Positions 9,075 to 18,873 of a stretch of DNA of 22,034 nt are shown piece after piece. The notes below the pieces were generated by a model. It was not told the origin of the DNA. It did no database searches and worked only from the letters and a program-made list of their open reading frames with translations. Each line of letters starts with the position of its first letter. Position 1 is the stretch's first letter. The position numbers were made by a program, and so were the translations under genes. This DNA comes from Octopus sinensis (lineage: Eukaryota): positions 1 through 22,034 of the forward strand of contig NW_021837019.1 of the NCBI RefSeq assembly GCF_006345805.1. The letters run 5' to 3'.

Positions 9075-9586
9075 CATTGATGGATAATATATAGAAACAG
9101 AGGCCTTCATTTCCGCAGATAAGGATCAATGTCTGAACGCTAGATATCACCAAGCCAACATTCTTAAAAATGGTGCTGATCATACCGGCTGCTTTTGCGG
9201 AACAACCAGAGATACAATTAACCGCCTGAAATGAATCTGCTAAAGGCCATGAAAGGTTTGGTCAGTATTTGAACTAGATCATATGCCATAAGTCTGGATT
9301 CCCATATGAGAATTGGTTGGAACATAAGTTGAAAATAAAGATGTCACAGTTCTTTGCGATTTTAGTATTCAAACTGGTCGAGTTATTCAGACTTATAGAC
9401 CAGATATTGCGGTGAAAATTCCCATTGACAAAGCATGTTCGCTCGTAGATATGACAATCTCAGAAGATCTCTGTGAAAAATATTTGGAAAGTTAAGTAGA
9501 TAAAAGGCCTTGAAATAGAAGTCTCAAATTATGGCATCTAAGAACAAAACTGTACCTATGACCATCGGGGTTCTGGGGATAATATC
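9075..9586 (+). pseudogene. Heavily decayed Dong/R4-type LINE fragment (zinc knuckle and restriction-like endonuclease region)
   Basis: ETEAFISADKDQCLNARYHQANILKNGAD, NKDVTVLCDFSIQTGRVIQTYRPDIAVK, SLVDMTI, GLEIEVS, KTVPMTIGVLGII; colinear with 16400-16930; several frameshifts. Confidence 0.85.
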
Positions 9587-9712
9587 GGCTTCAAATTTTG
9601 GCACGATGCTAGCAATGTCGACGGTTTTGACAACGGCAATGGTTAATATTGATTGGTTTCAGCATTTTGAGCGTGCTAACGAGTCTGCCAGTTCACCGTA
9701 AATAATAATAAT
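9587..9712. mobile_element. Short SINE-related scraps
   Basis: GGCTTCAAATTTTGGCAC... and minus-strand GGTGAACTGGCAGACTCGTTAGCACGC, which resembles the head of the 5032-5259 SINE. Confidence 0.5.
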
Positions 9713-9976
9713 AATCACCTTTCCACTATCGAATCATTTGCCGAAAGGCACAAACATCACAGCATCCCATTCCTACTTTTCGCTATAACCTAGAATGATT
9801 GTGGTTCTACTCAAAATAATCCAGTTTTTCTATATAACAAAAGAAAAGAAAAAAATTGAAGCGCAATTAAGCCATTTGCCGTTCACGTTTAATTACCCAC
9901 AAAGCACTACGTTCTTCAACAGGTTTGGTGTTTAGTCTACCATAAACTCATCATGTAAAATAGACGGCAAGGATAG

Positions 9977-10038
9977 GTGTGGTGTGTGTGTGTGTGTGGT
10001 GTGTGTATGTATGTATATGCGTGGATGTATATACATTT

Positions 10039-10101
<63 letters not shown>

Positions 10102-10194
10102 AGCATAGAAACTTATGTTTGTACATATAAACATACATACCTATATATGTGCGTGTGTGCGTGCGTGTGTACATATGTGTATATATATACATAC

Positions 10195-10240
<46 letters not shown>

Positions 10241-10583
10241 ATATATACATATGTACATATATATGTACATATATATGTATGTACGTGTATATATATATAT
10301 GTAATGTATATATATACATATGTAATATATATGTACATATATATGTATGTACGTGTATATAATATATAATGTATATATATACATATGCATATATATATGT
10401 ACATATATATGTATGTACGTGTATATATATATATATATATGTATGTGTGTATGTATGTGTATGTATATATGCACATAGGTTTATGCATGTTATTGTATAT
10501 GTATGTATGCCTATATGTAGATGTGAAGGGTGAGAAGTGAAACTTAGGCGAAATTGGGTAAAATATTTTCTCGTTCTACATCT

Positions 10584-10618
<35 letters not shown>

Positions 10619-10696
10619 CACATACACACATACACGTATATAAGATGTATGTATATATATAAATATAAATATAAATATATATGTATATTTATATAT

Positions 10697-10739
<43 letters not shown>

Positions 10740-10905
10740 GTGTATACACGCGTACATTAGTATATGTTTGTATTTGTGTGTGTTGTGTGTGTGCACGCAT
10801 GTGTATGTATGTATATACACGTTCAAGTATATATAAGAGCGATATACTATCCATGTTGTACTTTACACACACGCACACACACATTCACACATATATTTAT
10901 GCAAA
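9977..10905. repeat. Large (TG)/(TA)/(TACA) compound microsatellite field with a (CT)n segment
   Basis: Direct reading; includes locally duplicated units such as ATGTACATATATATGTATGTACGTGTATAT. Confidence 0.92.
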
Positions 10906-11153
10906 TGTTTGGGCTGTCTTCCAAACAGGTCTGCATTTTAGGTTAACAGAACAAATAACGAAGTAAATATTTCAAAAAATAAATAATTACATAAAAAAAA
11001 ATTATAGCTAAAAACTATATATAATAATATATATAAAAACAACAACAACAACAACACAGAGGTGTGGTGATGTTGCAGAGTGGGGCAGGTGCAAATTTCA
11101 GGTAAATGGTAAACAAAATCTTTAAGCTATTTTTTTCCATATCTTTGTTTACG

Positions 11154-11197
11154 CTAGTTTTTCGTTAGTTTCCGTTAGTTTTCGTTTGTTTTCGTTA
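11154..11197 (+). repeat. 10-bp tandem repeat, about 4 copies (TTAGTTTTCG)
   Basis: tagtttttcg ttagtttccg ttagttttcg tttgttttcg. Confidence 0.8.
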
Positions 11198-11330
11198 AGA
11201 AAGCGTTGCTGCTAAAAGTATGGATCGCAAATAACGAAGGAGAAAGATTTAGTCTCCAATCCAGAAACCAGGATCTTTCATTGGAAATTAAATAATATCA
11301 ACTTGGCGGTTGTATGTATGTATGTATGTA

Positions 11331-11817
11331 CCGTAAATCCTCGAGTATAGTTCGCCCTTGAGTATAATACGCAGGGGATTTTTAGGAGGCTGTATGTATA
11401 ATACGCACCCCTTCTCTAACTTGAGTCAAGGAGGTCTATATAACGTCCTTGGTTTGTAAGAATGTATATTGTAACGTCCTTTATTATTATTGTATATATA
11501 ACAATGCAAACGTGTAGATTTTTTGTGCATTTTGTTTGCAGAAAATAAAGAAATAACAGTAATAACATTTAATAAATGTTGCTTATTGCAAGTTATGGAT
11601 GATTCTTTTATGACTTCGTTGCTTTCAGGCTTAGCTTAGGGTATTTTCGCGCCCGACATCACACAATGTGTCTGAATAAACATTGCCGGACAGCAAATAG
11701 AGACTCGGACATTGCTTAGAAAATAATTTTTATTTTAAACCTTGTATATAGTACGCACTAGGGATTTTGACCTTTAAATTTTGGGGGAAAATGCGGATTA
11801 TACTCGAGGATTTACGG
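11331..11817. mobile_element. 487-bp Tc1/mariner-superfamily MITE (Tc2/pogo-type termini) inserted in (TATG)n
   Basis: Perfect 19-bp TIR CCGTAAATCCTCGAGTATA; TA TSD at 11329-11330 and 11818-11819; repeated subterminal GTATAATACGCA-like motifs; no transposase ORF. Confidence 0.93.
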
Positions 11818-11904
11818 TATGTATGTATGTATTTATGTATGTATGTATGTATGTATGTATGGATGGATGGATGGATGTACGTATGTATGCATGCCATTAT
11901 TCAG

Positions 11905-11995
11905 TTTTTTTTCAAGATTACTTGCCAATAAAGAGCCGGTTTCTAACCTAGACACAGGGCTCCTTCACTGGAAATTCAACATCAATAACAGGGTA
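11905..11995 (+). mobile_element. Probable short interspersed-repeat 3' fragment
   Basis: TTGCCAATAAAGAGCCGGTTTCTAACCTAG...CTCCTTCACTGGAAATT; weakly similar to ~11240-11300; recognised from memory only. Confidence 0.4.
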
Positions 11996-12058
11996 TTTTT
12001 GTATGCATACATACATATATACATACATGCACACACGCACGCATGCACTACATATACA

Positions 12059-12399
12059 TGGTGGTTGTCTACACTTTATATCGAGTTTGACCACTTCCTG
12101 TACCTACACCTTAGCACCAATATGGCGTCCGATGTGGGTTTTTTAAACCAGACAATGTTCTGGAAAGACACTCACATAGATTGCACCTCTGATTTGGACC
12201 ACCAAGAGCTGCAGATAAGTTCTGCTCTTTGTGGATCTTATCATGTCTTTTGAGGCCTCCGTTGGATTTGCAACCCATTGGGCATACACAGCATTCAAAG
12301 GTGTGCACAGACATATAGTCAGAATAGTTGGTGGAAGTTCGTTTTCCGTGCGTTCGCAGATAAGATTTGAGGCCAACCAAAGACAGGCACGGTCTGTTA
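12059..12399 (-). pseudogene. 5'-truncated RTE-type LINE 3' end encoding up to three C2H2 zinc fingers
   Basis: Minus frame RPCLSLVGLKSYLRTH / FECCVCPMGCKSNGGLKRHDKIH / RCNLCECLSRTLSGLK (then frameshift). The CxSxxGLxxH spacing is that of RTE ORF C-termini. A short 3' UTR follows, and (ATGT)n lies on both sides. Confidence 0.72.
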
Positions 12400-12540
12400 C
12401 ATACGTACATACCTACATACATACATACATACATACATACATACATACATACATACATACATACCTACATACATACATACATACATACATACATACATCA
12501 TACATACATACATACATACATACGTACGTACATACATACA
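12400..12540 (+). repeat. (CATA)n microsatellite
   Basis: Direct reading. Confidence 0.96.
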
Positions 12541-12740
12541 TTCTCTTTCTCTTTTTAATTTGAAATAAATTTTGAGCGGCCACTTGTGAAGAAAAGCATC
12601 AGGATTGAACCGTCATCCTTTAAATCTTAAGAAATTCTTGCAGATTTTTATAGTCCCAGGATATCGTGATCATCTGTAGCGTATGAATTAAGGATTTGTA
12701 TTCTCTCCCCAAGATTCCAACTTCAGCCAAACTTTGCTCC

Positions 12741-13050
12741 ATGTATGTATGTATGCATGTATGTGTGCGTGTATGTATGTATGCGTGCGTGTGTATATGT
12801 AGGTATGCATGTATGCGTGCGTGTGTGTATGCATGTATGTATGTGTGTATGCATGCATGCATGTATGCATGTATGCATGCATCTATGAATACATGCATGC
12901 ATGTGTGTATGTATATATGCATGCATGTATTTATGCATGTATGTATGCATGTATGCATGTATTATGTATGCATGTGTGTTTGCATGTATGTATGTATATA
13001 TTTATGCATGTATGCATGTATGTATGTGCATGTATTTATGTATGTGTATA
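12741..13050 (+). repeat. (ATGT/ATGC)n degenerate microsatellite
   Basis: Almost strictly alternating purine-pyrimidine. Confidence 0.95.
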
Positions 13051-13057
13051 TTCTTAT

Positions 13058-13378
13058 ATTCTTTTACTTGTTTCAGTTATTTGACTGCGGCCATGCTGGA
13101 GCACCACCTTTAGTGGAGCAAATCGACCCCAGGATTTACTCTTTGTAAGCCTAGTACTTATTCTTTTGGTCTCTTTTGCCGAACCGCTGTATCACGGACT
13201 CGTAAACACACCAGCATGACGGGTTTCTTTCAGTTTCCGTCTACCATATCCACTCACAAGGCTTTAGTTGGCCTGAGGCTATAGTACGAGACAATTACCC
13301 AGGGTGCCATGCAGTGGGACTGAACCCAGAACCATGTGGTTGGTAAGCAAGCTACTTACCACACAGCCACTCCTGCAA
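13058..13378 (-). mobile_element. Composite SINE lacking the internal microsatellite
   Basis: Minus head GCAGGAGTGGCTGTGTGGTAAG...GGGTTCAGTCCC; the 3' module is joined to the head module at ~13215 (CCAGCAT|GACGGGTTTC). Confidence 0.9.
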
Positions 13379-13415
13379 CTATGTATGTATAATATATACA
13401 TTTACATATATACAT

Positions 13416-13484
13416 ATACGAAAAGCAGTGTGTAGTGGAAGCTTTATAGCTTTTTGAGCTTCCAATACTGTCTGTCTTCCGTAT
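13416..13484. ncRNA. 69-nt pre-miRNA-like hairpin (or tiny decayed MITE)
   Basis: 29-nt arms with 21 Watson-Crick and 2 G:U pairs, no bulges, 11-nt loop; paired by hand. Confidence 0.3.
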
Positions 13485-13532
13485 CAATCATTTAAAATAT
13501 ACAAGACGTGCACCGAGGAATTGCTTACACAG

Positions 13533-13576
13533 ATCCTGCGACGAAAGTGAAGTAGCGGGGATGACTCCTGGTAGCA
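13533..13576 (+). CDS. Candidate 44-nt micro-exon C
   Basis: ttgcttacacag|ATCCTG...GTAGCA|gtgagt; a single open frame, SCDESEVAGMTPGS (phase 2 in, phase 1 out). Confidence 0.25.
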
Positions 13577-13694
13577 GTGAGTGGTGAACGTGCTCTCGAG
13601 GTACACTACGAGAGACGTATGCAAACAAGCTTTGAATACCACCCCTTAAAGTCTCCTTTCAATACTTTAATTTTAAACACACATACACACATAC

Positions 13695-13848
13695 ACGATG
13701 GGATTCTTTCAGTTTCCGTCAATCAAATCCAACGCCATGATCGGTCCGAGGTTATAGTAGAAGACAACTGCCAACGTGCCACTCAGTGGGACTGAACCCA
13801 GGACCTCGAGGTTGAAAGCAAACTTCTTACCACACACCCACGCCTGAG
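13695..13848 (-). mobile_element. tRNA-derived head module of the composite SINE
   Basis: Minus strand CAGGCGTGGGTGTGTGGTAAGAAG...GGGTTCAGTCCCACTGAGTGGCAC; homologous to 161-320 and 13220-13378. Confidence 0.88.
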
Positions 13849-14440
13849 CCTACCTGTATGTATGTCCTGGGTATACATACGGTGAAGGCTCTCTACTTTG
13901 GGAGTTCCAGGGCGTTCAGAGCTGTGTAGTAACTTCTTAGCCATTATTGTTCCCAAGCCTACACTGACACGAAGTAGTAGCATTTGTTAGGGTCCAAGCA
14001 ATGGGTTACCTAGCGTATGTGGTGACAATCCATTTCAGCACGGGGAATTTATAAGAATTTCCTAGAGAGTGTAGACTTTAAAACTGCTTTCTTTTCGCAA
14101 AAATTGCACACTCCAAACTAATTAATAAGCAATTTTATGATAATGTAGCCTTATTAGAATAAAAATTACTGGATGGTGACAGCTGAAATGTCGTGGGTCC
14201 AAATAGAACAAGGTAGCTATTCGAGTCAGCTGTGCTGTATAAACTAAGTATATATAATAGGCGTTTAATTGATCTGAAGTGTTACAAATAAGATCCAATA
14301 TATGTGATTACACACAACTGGTATGTTGACTAAACATTAAAGTTAGAACAAACATTTTTTGTACCTGAAGTCGTCCATACACCTTTCATTCATGTAATAA
14401 ATAATGTATTGCATTCAAAATATTAAGATACGTTTGTATG

Positions 14441-14444
<4 letters not shown>

Positions 14445-14476
<32 letters not shown>

Positions 14477-14699
14477 ATTATATATATTATATATATATAT
14501 ATATATAGGAGAGAGGGAAAGAGAGAGAGAGAGAGAAGAGAGAGGGATGGATAGATATATGCATACATAATGTATATATATATGTGTGTGTGTGTATATA
14601 TATATGTATATATATGTGTATATATATAAAAGTTTATATATGCATATCATTGTCTTTCTTTCTATATATACTTACACACACACACATATATATCTATCC

Positions 14700-14732
<33 letters not shown>

Positions 14733-15063
14733 TCCATATATATATATACATAGACATATAGATGCATGCATATGAGTGTGTGAATGTGTGCGATGTGTAT
14801 TATTTAAATATTGGCACATACATGTATGCATATATGTACAAGTATGTTTTGAAATATATATGTGTGTATATACATACATACATACATACATACATACATA
14901 CACACATATGTACACACACACGCACATATATACACACGTGTCTGAATGTATGCATGAATGTAATTCTTTGTTTACTAAACATTTTCAAATCAGACAACGC
15001 TGGGATTGCCATCGGAGATAACAATAAAGAAGCAAACAAGCATATATATGTATGTATATATAT

Positions 15064-15096
<33 letters not shown>

Positions 15097-15258
15097 ATAA
15101 ATGATTTAATCAAAGCACAAAAACAAATACAGATTACAAGAATGAAGAATAAATAAAAACAGAATTGTTGAATGCAGCATATATACATATATACATACAC
15201 ATATATATACATAAATACATTCAAAATATAGATACACATATTCACGTGGGTAACGCGC

Positions 15259-15294
<36 letters not shown>

Positions 15295-15354
15295 ATATAT
15301 AATATATATAATATAATATAGATATATATATATATATATATATGTGTGTGTTGG

Positions 15355-15385
<31 letters not shown>

Positions 15386-15395
15386 ATATATATTG
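14445..15395. repeat. (TA)/(GA)/(CATA)/(TG) compound microsatellite field with small unique spacers
   Basis: Direct reading. Confidence 0.88.
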
Positions 15396-15483
15396 TTAAA
15401 GAGTGTTTGAAAAATGAACAGATGCTTCAGAGATCAGTGATGAGTTTGCAGGAGTGAAGCGAAACAGTTTCGTACTTAACCGA

Positions 15484-15523
15484 ATAATAAGAATGATGAT
15501 GATGATGAGGATGAGGATGATGA

Positions 15524-15554
<31 letters not shown>

Positions 15555-15596
15555 GCTGCTGCTGCTAATAATAATAATAATAATAATAATATTAAT
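15484..15596 (+). repeat. Compound trinucleotide array (GAT)n(TAC)n(TGC)n(TAA)n
   Basis: Direct reading; abuts the 3' end of the minus-strand repeat at 15597. Confidence 0.95.
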
Positions 15597-15897
15597 ACAT
15601 TGTTTTGTCTTGCTATAAAAGATGGGCTACATCAAATATTCTGCTCTATACCACAGATTTGCTTGTCAGTTATTTGACCTTAACCAGTTGACCATGTCCC
15701 TTAGTGACTGACGATATGTGCATCTCTGATCACGAGCAGTAGTTGGGGAGCATCATAGCCATGTGTTGAGAGGGATTCTTTGGGGTTTGAATAATTCACC
15801 TCTGGAAACATGGGTGTTTTGTTCAACATCCTTAATCAACCCTTATTCAGGGACCTTATGAGTGGGGTGGGTTACTCGACCAGCAAACAATTCTAAC
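15597..15897 (-). mobile_element. High-copy octopus-type retroposon 3' segment (SINE body or LINE 3' UTR)
   Basis: Minus strand CCCTGAATAAGGGTTG...CCAGAGGTGAATTATTCAAACCCCAAAGAATCCC...GATCAGAGATGCACATATCGTC...CAAGACAAAACA followed by a (TTA)n tail; recognised from memory. Confidence 0.7.
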
Positions 15898-17100
15898 TGG
15901 TCAATTACTGAAATATGTAATCTTGACAGAAAAATACGAAAATTGTTGACAATGCATAGAATGCACCACCCTAAGAGAGATATAGAACGACTTTATCTAC
16001 CAAGAAAAGAAGGAGGCTGTGGACTTTTATAACTGGAATTAACAATGAAGATTGCTACAATTGGCCCAGACACCTACCTGAGAAACTCTGATGACTGGAT
16101 GTTAAAACTTGTCTCAAAACATGAAAACAAGAAAACATCATACTCAGTAACAAAACAGGCAAAGGAATATCTAAGGGAATTCCAAATACAACAAATTCCA
16201 AAATTAGACGTAATGGAAACAAGCGCAGAAAAAGCTAAGCGTATGAAAATTCGTGCTAAAACTGCTGCCTTACATATTCTTACTGATAAATGGCAAGAAA
16301 AACCTCTCAGTGGTTAACACCTAAAGATAGCTAATAATGCCGATGTTGACAAAGTCCTTACCCATCAATGGTTAATGGCTTCTGGCTTAAAATCAGAAAC
16401 AGAAGGGTTTATCATAGCAGCCCAAGATCAATGCCTACCTACAAGAAACTCCTAGGCCAACATATTAAAGAACGGTAGCTGCCCAACATATCGTGTATGT
16501 CAACAACAAAATGAAACCATTGATCATGTTGTCTCCAAGTGCAGTCTTCTTGTGCCTATAGAGTATCTCAGCAGGGACGATAGAGCTGCACAATATATTT
16601 ACTGGGTAATTTGCAAAAGCCTGGACCTGCCCCACAATAAAAACTGGTGGGAACACAAACCACCTCCAGTGCTTCAAAATGATCACATCTCACTCTTCTG
16701 GAACTTCACCATTCAAACTGACAGAAAGATAGACACAAATACGCCAGACATCATATTGAAAGACTTCAGACAAAAATCATGCCTCCTCATTGATATGACT
16801 GTCCCAATCAACATAAATGTATCTATCGAGACCTACCAAAAACTGAGCAAGTATAAAGATCTTGAAATAGAAATTGCCAAAATGTTGAACCTCAAGACTA
16901 AAACAATACCTGTTGTCATAGGTGCCCCAGGTATGATAGCAAAAGCGGCTGATTGCTACCTAACTCAGATACGAGGAAACTTCAAATTGGCAGAAATTCA
17001 AAAGATAGAGCTCATAGGAACTGCATATATTCTACGTAAAATACTGTCTATGCAATCTCAAATTTTGAAACAAACCCATAATTTTCTTGTTTTCTTATAT
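15895..17100 (+). pseudogene. Dong/R4-clade non-LTR retrotransposon fragment: RT thumb/linker, zinc knuckle, restriction-like endonuclease
   Basis: One frame with three in-frame stops and no frameshift: WSITEICNLDRKIRKLLTMHRMHHPKRDIERLYLPRKEGG, KSETEGFIIAAQDQ, (C>Y)RVCQQQNETIDHVVSKC, TPDIILKD, IDMTVP, KLSKYKDLEIEI, IPVVIGAPG, GTAYILRKIL. Confidence 0.93.
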
Positions 17101-17699
17101 GTGGTTGGGATTCCATGCCTATGCAACTTCTGAAGAGTTTAGACTCACAATTTCTGAAGAGAACAGGATACTATCAAGGATATTAAAAATGATTGCAATA
17201 TAGTTGGCAAAGAAGCTGGTGAAGGCAGGGATGTAGTCAATACGTACGTAGAAAATAACAAAAAGAAACTTTCACCGTCTCAACTTTGTAACAACATCTA
17301 TTATGTGAAGGCAAACAACTACCAACAACTTAATTTAATGAAGAGGTTCACTTCGTTAATCTTATTTTTGTATGTTATTTATCGTTTGAAAAGAAAAAAA
17401 TGTAGAAACCGGTACGGTATTTTGAGAAATTTTGAGGCCAACGTCAACACTAATTCTCTCCCTCTCTCTTTCTCTCCCTGTCTCTTTCACACAGATATGT
17501 ATGTGCCTGTGTGTGAATATATGTATGTATCTATGCGTATGTATGGATATTTATGCATATATATACATATACATACACACACACACATATATAATATATA
17601 TACATATATATACACACATATATGTATATATTATGAATTAAGTGATATAAAGCATGTTCTTAAATACCAATCTGTATATTATCAGTACCTCACTATGTA

Positions 17700-18065
17700 A
17701 ATACATTATTGATATCTTCATGCATATCATGAATGCCTCTTTATAAATTTATAATGATCAATATATAATCAATACTTCAGCATTAGAACGTTGCTATCAC
17801 TACATATTATCGATGTATCATGATCAACATCTATTATCAATGCTTCGCAATCTCTCTATATATTATCAATATAATTGATACATGATTGCGACAATTAGTC
17901 ATCAACATTTCATATCGATATGTATTATCCGTGCATTATTCACAATATAAACCACGTTATCATTACTTCATTCTCAATGCGTTCACTCAATATATCATAA
18001 TCAATATACATTATCGGTTCAGCATTATCAATAAACATTGTCAGTGTCTTGTTATTATTATATCA

Positions 18066-18110
<45 letters not shown>

Positions 18111-18160
18111 CATATTGCTTTACAATTAATATCACACTATCAGTATGTATATATTATATA

Positions 18161-18201
<41 letters not shown>

Positions 18202-18510
18202 AGCGATTTCACATTTCATATATGTCTATATATCGTCTATATTTATACAATTATCTCGTATTCACATATTAGATCAATATATACGTTCGTTGTCAATATA
18301 GAGTTTATATTATCAATATCGGTATGTCAGTATTCGATTTAGATTATTAATGACTCATTATCAATAGAACATTATCGATATATATTATCGACACTACACT
18401 ATAAAAAAATCTCCGTGGCAATATCTGTTATCGATACATTACTATCAATGTGTACTATTGATCACTAAATATCAATATATATATAATCGATATCTCATTA
18501 CCAATAGCAA
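17700..18510 (+). repeat. Cryptic degenerate AT-rich array built on ATTATC(A/G)AT
   Basis: At least 17 ATC(A/G)AT hexamers counted on the + strand, irregularly spaced, interrupted by two (TA)n runs. Confidence 0.75.
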
Positions 18511-18517
18511 ACTGTGA

Positions 18518-18577
<60 letters not shown>

Positions 18578-18601
18578 TGTATGTATGTAATATTATTATA
18601 T

Positions 18602-18788
18602 GAGTGAATCCAAACCAAGAAAAACAAACACAAAAAGCAATAACGCAAGGACGTGGTACAAGTACTGTATTATCAGACTCTCAGGAAAGGAAAGAAAGAG
18701 GATTTTACGTTTCGAGCAAAGCACTTCTTCAGAAATAGAGGAAAGTCCAAAAGAAGGGAAGATGGAATAAGAAATCGCCAACGTGGTT

Positions 18789-18789
<1 letters not shown>
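18602..18789 (-). mobile_element. Penelope-like terminal fragment within (TA)n
   Basis: Colinear with 7302-7486 (AATCCAAAC...AGGACGTGG...CTCAGGAA...TTACGTTTCGAGC...CTTC.TCAGAAA). Confidence 0.68.
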
Positions 18790-18850
<61 letters not shown>

Positions 18851-18873
18851 GATTTTATTCCACACAGTAGAAA

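Noticed and set aside
12111-12458. Host C2H2 zinc-finger gene exon
   Set aside because: No TGEKP linkers, RTE-type finger spacing, frameshift in the third finger, no splice sites, and the ORF start comes from (ATGT)n.
12620-12742. Minus-strand peptide MEQSLAEVGILGREYKSLIHTLQMITISWDYKNLQEFLKI
   Set aside because: Only 40 codons of unique sequence, no recognisable motif, and possible splice readings on + hit stops quickly.
13461-13475. miR-8/miR-200 family similarity (AATACTGTC)
   Set aside because: The match is seed-only, begins CAAT rather than TAAT, lacks the family's 3' sequence, and sits at the wrong place in the hairpin arm.
13587-13618. Helitron 3' hairpin (CTCTCG...CGAGAG)
   Set aside because: No CTRR terminus at the expected distance and no 5' TC end or A|T target identified.
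16552-17133. Intact 193-aa endonuclease gene
   Set aside because: It is the stop-free tail of a longer retrotransposon frame broken by three stops; the GTG start is incidental.
17700-18510. CRISPR-like array
   Set aside because: The repeat is only 6-9 nt and degenerate, spacing is irregular, there are no cas genes, and the context is eukaryotic.
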